A DNA stretch of 64,000 bases, from NCBI RefSeq assembly GCF_026210795.1, contig NC_089436.1, positions 2,294,001 to 2,358,000 on the forward strand, in the 5' to 3' direction. Shown here piece after piece: positions 26,960 through 38,825 of the stretch. Position numbers and translations under genes: made by a program. Positions within the stretch are counted from its first letter, which is position 1. Every line of letters starts with the position of its first letter. The notes under the pieces are model-generated. The model was not told the origin of the DNA. It searched no databases and saw only the letters and a program-made list of their open reading frames with translations. This DNA is from Rhizophagus irregularis. Lineage: Eukaryota.

Positions 26960-28882
26960 TTTTTTTTTATTTATTTTATGTGAAGCAGGCGGGGAATACA
27001 GCGAGGGATTGATTACAAGTAATACGACCCAAAAAAAGCCCACCATCGACAACCAGAGAAGCTGGAAACCGACCCTAACTTCCTAAAAAAAAAGACTGTA
27101 CCACTATCACGTCCGATAGAGGTCCAGGCAAGCACACTGGGTAAAAGAAAAAAAAAGTGGAGAGGACAAGTCCCCTTTTCAAGAAATCGTGGCACTACAC
27201 ATAAACATATTCTATCCTAAAAATAATACAATTCTGAAATTCGTAAAACTGCTAATAAAAGCATAGGCTAAACTAGCTTCTGTAATAAAGTTAAAATTTC
27301 TGCTAAAACCGCCTTGTTATCTTTATTATTACTCTTTTTCTTCAAGGAATTCTTTGTCTTCTTCTGAGTATTCGGGTGTTTCTCCTCCTGGTTATTACTT
27401 TTAGAGACTTTCTTTGAGGATATAGAATTATCCTTCTTCTTAGGCTGATTACGATCCAAATTATTGTCAGACTTACCTGACTTTTTCATATTTGGAGTAT
27501 TTTTAGCCTTCGGTTTACTTTGTGCTTTCTTCAAGGTAGGAATGGAGTGTCAACACCATTTCAACTCCTTACCATCAGGTACGAAAAACTGTGGCGTATC
27601 TAAGGCCCTTAGTGTGGTCTCCCAATTCTCGAAATAGGCCACAAGTTTCCTCCTTCCTTTACTTGTTTGAATAATTTTAAATGAGCTAGCACCGCACTTC
27701 ATTAGAAATTCACATGGTTTACGGTCCATCCACAAGGTAGCCATTGTCATATCCTCCAGAATGTCATGAATAATGGCTTGGAACTTTCACGTTGCTTTCT
27801 TTCTCGTAAAGTCCAACTTGCAGAGACCATCTAACGGGTATACCTCCCAGGTCTATCGTCCAATATTTGTTAAACTGGGAAAGGGAAAATGAGGAAAGTG
27901 CTATCTTGACTCGAAGAGTCTGATACTTATGTTGCCGTTTAACAGAACATTTAATAGCGTTCCCCTAAAGTTTTAATTCTGCTAATATTTTCTGCAGGTC
28001 CCAGGTATACGGGATATCGTAAACTATTATGTCTCGGATTCGCTCAAGCTCCTCTCCGATAGCTTCGTATCCTGTCAGTATCTGTGTAGCCTCCGGTTCA
28101 GATGATTTCTTTCCCTTATGGGAATTTTGGGCTGATGTTTTCACATCAGGTTTTGCCTTCGTTGATTGGTTCTTGATTTGTTTATCATTTGTAACACGCG
28201 CCTTTTGTTTATCTTTCTTCTGGGAGTTTTCGGGTATTACAGTTTGATCAACAAGGGTCATTACTACATTAGGCATTGATGGAAGCTTGATAGGTACTGG
28301 ATTTGGTGGTTTTTGGAATTTTTGGCGTATAAGATCATCTTCTTCAAGCGGCAGATGTGATGCATCCATCAGATAATCTTCAGTATTCTGAGAATCATCA
28401 TCGTCATCATCATCGTCAACACCCATATCGCCAAATTCGCAAAGGAATCGGGTAGAAAAATTATCCCAAGACCTGGATGCAGCATATAGCACTATAGAAA
28501 ATATTAGTGAAAGGGTAGTAGGTTGTATATTCGTAACTTGGGCTTGTAAAGTGAAGTTCACAGGGTTGGCTGAGTCGCCAAACCTCTCTATCAGTATCTG
28601 GGCTTTATCCTTAGGTACTGAGGGGTTCTTTTCAAATAAGTCCTTAAGGAAACCGTCTTGTACAAAAGAACTTAAATGGTGTGTAAAAGTTTGAAAATAA
28701 ATTTCGTTAAATTTGGAAACGAAGTCTAAAGCTTCTTCGTTTGATGTTCAGCTCTTATCCATAAACATTTTTATATTTATGTAATAAAATTTAATAAAGA
28801 GGATTATTTTTTAAAAAAAATTATTACGCAGAAATTTTCGTAAAAAATGTATTCGGGAAAGAGTTTTTTTTTTTTTTTTTTC
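26960..28882 (-). mobile_element. ORF1-only non-autonomous retroelement, copy 2
   Basis: 13-bp TSD TGGCCTACTTCTC at 26947-26959 and 28883-28895; A-rich tail at 26960; ORF 28768-27268 with DIIVYDIPYTW, SFKII, LKWC. Confidence 0.9.
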
Positions 28883-29019
28883 TGGCCTACTTCTCCTGAT
28901 TCTCTTGTAGATTTCTCTTTATGGACTTCTAAACGTCATTCCATCAGTTACAATTGGCTTTTTCAAGCCATTAAACTACTTCGAGAAATTAAACTTCAAT
29001 TTGATTTTTCTGACCATAC

Positions 29020-29673
29020 CAACTCGAAAAAAAAAATTCTGGCCTGAGCCAGAATAAGCTAAACAATAAAAATTTTGGCTCAAGCTAAAGTGAGCTGAGC
29101 CGAGCCATGAAAATCATAGCTCGAGCCAAGCTAAGCTCGAGCTTTATCTTCACAAAAACGTTTCGCAATATTTTTTATTGAAGCATTGAAATAAACGTTG
29201 CGAAACATTTTTTTTAATATAATATAGTGAAAAAAATGTTTTCACAACGTTTCTTTACTAAAGAATTTAAAAAACGTTTCTTTCTAATATACCATAGTGA
29301 AAAAGACGTTTTCGCAACATTTCTTTACTAAAGAATTAAAAAAAACGTTGTGAAATGTTTTTTTCTAATATAATATTGTGAAAAAAACGTTTTCGCAATA
29401 TTTTTTATTAAAGAATTAAAAAAATGTTGCGAAATATTTTTTTCTAATATAACATAGTGGAAAAAACATTTTCGCAACGTTTCTTTACTAAAGAATTAAA
29501 AAAAATATGATAACTCAAGCCAGCTCAAGCTTTTTGAGCCGAGCCTATTACCGGCTCAAGCTCTTTTCAAGCTAGCTCGCGAGCCACTAAGCCAATTTAA
29601 TCGTGGCTCAGTTCGGCTCAGATTGAAAAGCTCGAGTCAGCTCATGAGCCGGCTCGGCTCATGTGAAGCTTTA
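29020..29673. mobile_element. Non-autonomous hAT-type element (GAGCC repeats plus ~75-bp array), one end truncated
   Basis: Reverse-complement homologue of 45614-55930; end ...CATGTGAAGCTTTA. Confidence 0.8.
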
Positions 29674-32043
29674 CCTTTAGTCTCATTATCTTCTGACTTG
29701 GCCAATTTCAAAACGCGCTCTTGGCTAAAATCTGCCCTCTGGTGTTTATCACAAGTCATGGATCCATTTTATAACTTCCAATTTACATGGACTAACCTAA
29801 AAAAAATGGGCCTTGTTGCCAATACTGGAAAAACTCTCTTTTGGTTTCGGCTTATTGGTTGGAAAATTTGTAGATATAATTGACACTTCTTCTCATATTC
29901 GACTCTGAATGAATATTATTGGATTGTTGGAGTAGACTCTTCAAATTCTCTTATTTTCAGGCGGGTTTTTTATACTATTGATGATAACTCTGAAATTCAT
30001 GTAGTTTATTTTTCTCATTGGATTCCTACTACATATAACCAAATGCAAATTACTCCTTGTCCTAGATGTTTCCTTCACTGTCTCGTTAATGATGAAAGCC
30101 CTTTGGCTCTGAAATCTGTTGGAGAAAAACTACTTCATCGTTCTTGTTTATCTGTTTTACCTTCTTATCATTGTCTACAACTTTTTTAAATGACCGCACA
30201 CGTAGATATTTTACAACAATTTATTAATTTAAAACTTTCTCCTTTTATTTTATGTTCTTATTTTAGATTCTTACTTGAGTTTTCAGAATTGTATATCCCA
30301 GAAAGATATTTAGCATTAGAGCAATCACCTTTAATGCATTGTGACAGTTCTCCTATCTTATCATCAGATCTTACTCCTGTATCGAATTCTGCCTTTGCTT
30401 TATGTTCTGATACCAATTTCCATATATCTGGAACTATACATGCCATTGATTCATTAACCTCATATCTGGTCTGTGCTTGGGTACAAACCCTTGATGATTT
30501 TATACTTAACTCTGGAATTTTTTCCTGTCCTATGATTTCTCCATATAATGAAGTTGCGGAATTAACCTTTGTATTATATGTGTTGAATTCCCTTCCTTTG
30601 GGTTCCTCCGTTTCCTTTGTATCCTTGTTCAAATTTGACATTTTGTTTTCACGATGGTGTGAAGCTTCCCCTATAAGACGAGCCCGATTGAAGAATAATC
30701 CTTTATGGTCTTGTATTTCAGAATTGTTGAAATCCAGACGAATTTCTTGCAGATTTATTAGTTTCCTCAAAGATTCTGCTCCTCCATATTCCATTCACGC
30801 ACATGAACTTATCAAAGGACAAAATTGGCCTAACTCGCTACAACCTATACCATTAATGGACGCTATTTTTCCTTCTTCTCTGAACACCATGGGTCTCTTT
30901 ACTGGGTATGATGAACTTTTAACTCAAGATCCGGTTAAATATTGGCAGTCTTTTTCAGATATTCAACAATTTTTCTCGTTAATAGGACTCTCCCGTTTTC
31001 TGTTCATGCAAACTTTCTTTCACGCTGTGGACTGGTCACTCTCCTTTGATACTTTCAAACAAACTTTATATCTGAACCTTGCAGTGTCCAAATCTTCCAT
31101 TTTTGCACAATTTTGCCTTAAGCTTTAGTTCAATGAACTTCCTGTCATGTATAAGCTTTCTCAAAGATTTCCTGGTCTATATGCTGATGACTCCTTATGT
31201 CCGATTTGTGGCATTTTTATGGAAACATTGGAACACCTTTTTATCTGCTCACCTAGCTATCTAGATACTGAGGATGATAACTCTGTGCTTCTGAACTAAA
31301 AAGATGTAACCACGTCAAACTTGCTACTAAGGTGTTTTCTTCACCATGATGCAAACAATCATACGATGAACTTCTTATGGCCCTTCGTAATTTACCAGTG
31401 CTTGGCCTTCCAGATTTACTTTCCAATAATAATTATTCCTCCTTTTCAGCTTCTTGGTTTCTCCAAGGCTTCATTCCATGTGATCTTTCAAAATGCCTTA
31501 TACGATGTTTCAGTTTAAATTATAAATGTATATCTTCCATATTTCTCATACATTTTTGAAACTTCAACGTGAAATTTATCATAAACTTTGGCAACCGAGG
31601 TGTAAAATTAAAATTACAAAAGATGCAGCAAAAGGAATTTTGCCAAGCACTCTTCAATCATACAAAGAACCTTCTGTTCAACCTTTCTGTTTTTCCGCTC
31701 CTTAAGTAGCTTTATCTTAGGCCAATGGGCTTCTTTCCCCGCTTCAGACTTCTGAATAGTCTTCTCTTAGTATGGGTAGTTGATCTGAAACTTTGCTTTT
31801 TAGGTTTAAAGTTGGGATATACAAGTTTGGGATTTATAGTTTAGGTTACTTCTCTATATGTACAAATTTGTGCAACTATTTTCTTTTTATTTTAGTTTTA
31901 TTTATTTACTTTTTCTTTTCATTGTATTTTGAGTAAACGAAGTTATAAATGATTAATAAAAATAACTGTTAGCCTATCAAATGTGAGTTGTATTAGTATT
32001 ATTCGGAGTTCTATGTACCCGATAACATTGATTTTGACCAGTG

Positions 32044-32890
32044 AATGTACTAGAATCAAGGCTTTCATCTTTATCTTTTTGTAAATAATAAATTGCATTA
32101 CAAACATCTTGTTTATAAAAAACGTGTTCTGGATATTTTTTTCTAAGAATTTCTAGTTGTACAACAGGAGTAACTTTACAATCGGTAAAAAATTTCAAAT
32201 CTTGGATCATATTATCACTATTAAAACACCTATATCTGGTATTAATATAAACTATTTAATTTGGGTTTAATTCATGATTATGTTCATCTTTTAAAGTTGT
32301 ACATTTTATTTGATGTGTAGTTTTTAGAAACGTAAAATTACAATGCCATTCACAATTGCATATATTAGTATTATGTTGATGATGCAAATTCTGATCAATT
32401 CCTTTCTAGATATATAGATATCACCTAATAAACACTGAAATGATTTATGCCAAATGATCAAAGAATTAGTTGAATCTTTATCATTTTGAAAATTTTGGTA
32501 TCCAAATCTTCTTTCTAAACAGTATTGATGCATAAATGCATCAACGGATTGCCAGTTATCAAAAATATCTCCTACATAAAGATTATATTGGTAAATAAGA
32601 GAAGAATTCAACGTTTCAGAATTATCATCAGAAAAATCTAAAATATTCTCATTAATTGGACTATCAACATTAAGTAAAGTAAAATTTGGATCTACAGTTC
32701 TATTTGAATTATAGTTTTCAAAAATATCTTCTGTATTGTAAAATCCTTCAGATCCATTATCAAAAACTGGTAAAGAATTTCAAAATACATTATTATTAAG
32801 TTCTATAACTTCATTATTGTTTTGTTCAAATTTACAACCTTTAATAACTAAAGAATAGCTATTAGTAAGATATTCATCTTCCATATATTC
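32044..32890 (-). pseudogene. MULE/FAR1-like transposase, N-terminal part
   Basis: VGDIFDNWQSVDAFMHQYCLERRFGY, HNHELNP; interrupted by CACTGGTCAAAA terminus. Confidence 0.7.
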
Positions 32891-33289
32891 CATGTATGGT
32901 TTGTTTATTATTTTAAAAAGTTGTGAGAAAGAAAATCAAACCGATGAAATTCACCTCCTAAATAATGATTTTATGTAAAAATTTAGTAATAAAATTAAAG
33001 TGAAAATCATTATATAAAATTTTAAGGTGAAAATCACCCCGATAAAAATCACCTGAGGTGAAAAATAAATTAATTCTAATTTTATATTCACCAGTGGTTA
33101 ATTTAAAATTAATTCACCAGTAATATGATAATTTTAGTTTTATATTAATTTTGTTTGTATTACGTTTTACAAATTCATATACATAAATAAAAATTTTTTT
33201 ATGAATTTTTTAAACTGTAACTTTTTTTCCAAACATACTATTAAACCCATATAACTCAATTTCATAAATTAAAAATGAAATTTATAGAG

Positions 33290-34215
33290 AAATTAGTATT
33301 TTTTATAATACTACTAACTGTTTAATTCCTAAAGTTTTATATTTTTTATTTAATAACTTTAGAGTGTAATTTCACTACTTTAGTCAAGTGAAATCAATTT
33401 CTTTTATTAATTAAAAGTTGTTCAACAGAGCCAAAACTACTTGTATATTATTTTTTATAAGTGTAGATATAATACATATAAAGAATCCCATATTTTTCAT
33501 AATGGTACTAACTTTTAAAATTATTTTTTTATTTACTGTATTACTTCAAAGTGTAATTTTACTACTTTAGTCAAATAAAATTGACTTTCTAAATTAATTG
33601 AAAATTATTCAGTAAAGTCAAAACTACATGTATATTAATATTCATGAGTGTAAATATAATATATATGGAGAAACCAACATTTTTCATAATGGTACTAACT
33701 TTCAAATTTTTTTTTTCTTTAGAGAGTAATTTCATCACTTTAGTCAAATGAAATTGATTTTCTAAATTAATTGAAAATTATTCAGAAAGGTCAAAACTAC
33801 TTGTATATTAATTTTTATGGATGTATGTATAATATATATAGAGAAATCTATATTTTTCATAATAGTACTAACTTTTGAATTTTTTTTTCTGTTTATTAAC
33901 TTCAGCACATAATTTCACCACTTTAGTCAAATGAAATTGACTTTCTAAATTAATTGAAAATTGTTCAGCAAGGTCAAAAAAACTACTTGTATATTAATTT
34001 TTATGGGTATAGGTATAATATATATGAAGAAATCTATGTTTTTCATCATGATACTAACTTTCAAATTTTTTTTTCTATTTATTAACTTTAATGCGTAATT
34101 TCACCACTTTAGTCAAATAAAATTTACTTCCTTTATTAATTGAAAGTTGTTGTGCAGTATAAAATCTACTTAATATTTGTAAGATTTATCCTATTTTTTA
34201 TAATAATACTAACTT
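33290..34215. repeat. Tandem array of about five ~178-bp units
   Basis: Recurring TTTAGTCAA at ~33379, 33566, 33739, 33922, 34108 and AAAACTACTTGTATATT. Confidence 0.9.
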
Positions 34216-34558
34216 ATAAATTATTGTATAATATATTATTAGATTTAAACTATATATTTTATATAAATATTTTTATTAATAAAATTATTAGTTTTTTCAA
34301 AATAAAACAATTTAAATTTTAATAAATTATGTAATAAATAAACTTTATCTTGGGTGAATTTCACCACTGGCAAGCGTTAAAATCACTCTTTTTAAAAATA
34401 TAAAATTACTACCATTTGATACATCTTAATAAGAAGAATCTAATAAAAATAAAATTGTCTTTCTACAAATATTATGTGACAGGATAACTTACAAAATCTA
34501 AAAATTTATAAATTAATATAACTTTTTATTTATCAATTTTATTATTATCATTAAATAC

Positions 34559-35312
34559 CACAAGTTGAAAAGTTAGCTGATTGGTGACCGATTGGTGACT
34601 GATTAGCATTTTTGCCAAATATCATTACCAATCAGGCAGTTTGCTAATTTTTGATCCAGAAATCAGAAAAGGATAAATATAGCTCATTGGAATCATCTCA
34701 ATAAGATGAATTTAATGGTAGTAAAATTGCATTTCTAGGATTAATAATTAATAAAAAATTAAATAAAATATAAATAATATATTTTTATTTTATATTTTAC
34801 TTAATTTCTCATCAAGTATTAATTTTAAAAATGTGATTTTACTACCATTAGATTCGTCTTGTTGAGATGATTCCAATGAACTATATTTCATCCTTTTCTA
34901 ATCACTGGATTAAAAGTTAGTAAATGCCTGATTGGTGATAGTATTTGGCGAAAATGCCAATCAATCACTAATAAGGTTGTCTGCCTAAACTTCTCCAAAA
35001 TTCTATGATTAGTTTTTCCAAAATTTTACTATAGTTTTATTATAGTTTTGGCAAGATTTTGGCAGTTTCAGCATTTATAATAAGTTTCGTCAGGTTTCGC
35101 TTTTCTCCAGAGTTTTACTAACTTTTTAATAAGACTTGTATATAGTTTCAGCAAAGTTTTGCCATTTCGGCATTTTGCCAACTTGCCAAAATCCCCTAGT
35201 TTCTCCAGCAACCTTAATTACCAATCAGTTACCAATCAGTTACCAATCAGCTACCTGATTGGTGACTGATTGGTGATTGGTTGATACCTGATTTTTTACT
35301 TTTTAACCTGTA
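34559..35312. mobile_element. CACTA-like MITE with GATTGGTGA repeats, copy 1
   Basis: CACAAGTTGAAAAGT...ACTTTTTAACCTGTA; homologous to 52538-53037. Confidence 0.8.
34972..35216. mobile_element. hAT-type MITE, TAAGGTTGC family copy 2 (reverse orientation)
   Basis: Reverse complement of 7527-7770; degenerate 8-bp TSD. Confidence 0.85.
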
Positions 35313-35737
35313 TTACGCTTAATAAAAGAAATCTAATAAATATAAAAATTCAAAAATTTTTAAAATTAATTTTAGCCCTTACAGTTTAAGGGATATAATA
35401 TTAATTTAATATTAAAGTAATATAAAAATTTTATAAGTAAACTATATAAAATTTTTTTATAAAGGGTGCATTTATTTACAAAATATATATATATAAAAAC
35501 TGTGCATTTAGCATTAAGACCCATTTATAAAAGTTGATTGTATATATATTATAATACAATTATTTTACTATCCAATAATTTAATTTACATAAACTTTTTT
35601 TTGTTTTGTAATCCTCTTTATACTTTATTAAATTCATTGAAATTGGACCTTTAGATGGTGTAAAAAAAGCTTTTTAATAAATAAATTATAAAATTATATA
35701 TTATTTACTACTATAAAAGATATATTATTACCATAAA

Positions 35738-35970
35738 TAAGGTTGCTTGCTGAAACCTAGGGGTTTAGGCAAGATGGCGTTTTGCCGAAAAGCAAAATTC
35801 TGCTAAAACTATATTAAAGTTATATTAAAAAACTGGCAAAACTTTGGAGAAAGGTGAAACTGCTGAAACTTATTATAAATGCTGAAACTGCTAAAACTAT
35901 AATAAATCTATAGTAAAATTTTAACGAAACTAATTGTAGGATTTTGAAGAGGTTTAGACAAGCAACCTTA
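35738..35970. mobile_element. hAT-type MITE, TAAGGTTGC family copy 3
   Basis: Same TIRs, TSD ACCATAAA. Confidence 0.95.
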
Positions 35971-38825
35971 ACCATAAAAAGTATATTGTGATATCTAATT
36001 GACCTTTCACTCATGTAATTTCTAGCATGCCTTTTATAATAATTTTATTAATAAATAATGATAATAATAAGATGATGATATTAATAATAAAATAAGAAAA
36101 TATTAGAAATAGAGGTAGTGTAGGAAGTAGAGGTAGGAGTAGATATAATGATAGTGGTAGTGGTAAAGAAAAAAAAAGAAGTTATGGCTATATTAATAAT
36201 GAATATACTGTACAATTCCTATTTTCACTTTTATTTAATAAATTTTAACATTTTAAACCTTTATATGAATTTACAGTAACTTTACCTAAAGAACTCTTTT
36301 TACTATCATCCTATTCAATATTGTATTTTTTTTCCTATTAAACAAATTGTTAAAAATACAAATATTATGAATATTAGTTTTATTTTTATTTTTATTATGT
36401 AAAAAATGCAAAAGACAAAATGCAATGTAGTTTTATGCTATAATAAGAATAGGAGTTATTTTAAAGATTATCATACTCAAAAAGATGATAATAATTAGAA
36501 TAAATATAAAATTTTCATAATTTGAATTATTTTACTTCATAAAAATTTATTTTGCACTTTTATTATAAATTAATTTTATACCTAAAATTAAAAAACTTAA
36601 TTAAAAGTTATTTCTTATAATAAATTCTAAATATTACATTAAGATTATAAATAACTACAATTAAATTCCAATATAAGATTGCTAAATTTAAAGAGATTTT
36701 TTTAATTTTGTGGTTATTTTTAAAAATGAAGTTATTTGATTAATGGGTAATTTTTGATTTCTAATATATGATCAGTAAATTAATAATTGTTATCACATAA
36801 TATATACATTGATTTAATCAGAAAAAAATTTTATTAAAATAGCTTAAGTATTTCTAAAAATAGATAAGAGCTAAATTTGTAGTAAAATTGTGAGCAAATT
36901 TGCTTGCAATTACTTACAGTATAAAAAATAACAAAAACTGAAAATAACTGAAAATAACTGAAATTTCTATATAAATTATATTCAAAAAGTTATTCCAAAT
37001 AATTAATGGTTAATTATTTTGTATTTTAGTTACTTTTTATTATAGTAATCATTAATGTAATTATGAAAAAAGTTGGAAATCAATTATAGTAATTATAAGA
37101 ATTAAAATTACTAAATTGCATACTATATATTACTAGTAAAAATATAAACCAAATAGCAAAAAATATCTTGAACATGATACAGTAATGGCTTAACATTTTT
37201 TAGATAATTTGTATAATCATCATGTCATTTGACTATAATAAATTTATTATAGAAATGAAAAAACCCAGTTCTCTAATTAATTTGTTATATATATATACTA
37301 TATAGTTTATATATTTGTTAAAAAAATTTACCAATCATACTAATTTGAAAATTGCAATAATAGTTTATTGGAATAGTAGTAAATATGCTTAGTTTATATT
37401 TCTAAAAGTTTTCAAAAGTATAAAGTATAGAAATTTGTTAAAACAAAAATTATAAATTATTATATTATATTAACTGAATATGTAATAATTTGCATAATAT
37501 TAGTAAAATAAAAACAGATTAAAATATAATTATAAATTTAAGAATAAATTTTTTAAATATTTAATTATAATACTAAGTATATTCCTTTCTAATAAAAAAA
37601 AAATATAAGAAATCAATAATTATAAAGTAATTACTAATAACAAAAATCATAATATATAAAATAAATTACAAGAATTTTTTTTAAAAAAAAATGTTTAAAT
37701 AAAGTAAAATAAAAATTTTAACATAATAATAAATAAATATAGATAATTTAATTAAAATACCAATATAGTTACAATTAATAATATTAAACAAAGCTAAGCC
37801 AAATTAAATTTAGATTATATTATAAAATAAAAATTTAAAATTAAAGAAATGAACCTGCCAAAAAGGTTATAAAAAAATGTTGAGAACCTATTTAACAAGA
37901 CATTGAGCATTATTTAAATTCAATTTTTTAAAAATTTTATTATTTTAGAAATTAGAAAGAGTTATATAAATGAAAATACTTTTTATAATGTATTTAAAAT
38001 TGTAAAAATAAAATATGAAAAAAATGTTAAGCGTATAAAAAAATTTTTTAATAAAATAGCACAAAATTAGAAATCGTGATCACAAAATTTAATGCAATTT
38101 ACAATAAATTCTATCCGCAGAAATTTTGCAGCTCATTTTAACCTAACCGAGAACATAAAAGTTTGCCCAATTTTTTCAGACTAATTTATATAAGAAAATG
38201 ATGCGTAGATGATATAAAACATTTATGGTGGATATATCCGAAATTTAATGAACTGTGTTAGGTTTGACCAGCTGCATTGTTGTAATACTGCTGTAACTTC
38301 TTGCGGCCGGGTACTGCGCTTTTTACTCAATCAAAGTAGGATGGGCGGGTGGCGGCTGGCGAAAAAAAAAATAAATAATGGAATACAAGTTCTCCATTCT
38401 TTTATTTCATATTATTCTGCAGTAAATCACTAGAACTGCGGTAGATTGGAAATGTCCCCCCCTTTTTTTTTTACTAAATAACGGAAATAGACAATAAATA
38501 TAAATAAAATAAATTTATTGGATTACATAATATCTGAATTTGTGTATAAATATACCAGATAAAGTATTTTGATATCAGAGAAAACTGCGGCAATTTTAAA
38601 CACCTATAATATAAGTTCTATAGTTTTCTTTAAGAATTGTATTCTTTTGTTTCAGCCTTTAAATTAACTGCGTACACATTATTAGCCAACCTTTTTTCCG
38701 CTTATAGCTATAAAACCCTTATACAAAAGCCTCTACAGAAAAGAAATGATATATTTATTGTTTTAACTTGTTTTAACTTACCTAGCTAAATTTCTTGATG
38801 ATCTTTCGACAAGGTGCTTCACAGA

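Larger units (their letters stand above)
13636..31976 (+). mobile_element. Non-LTR retrotransposon (LINE) B with at least seven nested insertions
   Basis: 15-bp TSD TCAAATGTGAGTTGT at 13621-13635 and 31977-31991; ORF1 knuckle CHICGRHGYSPSRC; ORF2 PIPKPHEF, GIDQGKVISPLLW, YMDD, CPIC...HLFIC. Confidence 0.9.

Noticed and set aside
29150..29505. Regularly spaced repeats resembling a CRISPR array (also 53100-53810 and 33290-34215)
   Set aside because: No unique spacers, no cas genes, eukaryotic context; these are tandem repeats.
30258..30794. 178-aa antisense ORF in LINE B (similar antisense ORFs at 62218 and 4480)
   Set aside because: Shadow frames of TE coding sequence with no motifs.
35370..37870. 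Possible highly decayed piggyBac (TTAGCCCTT, IVKNTN-like remnant near 36345)
   Set aside because: Too degenerate; no convincing second end or catalytic motifs.
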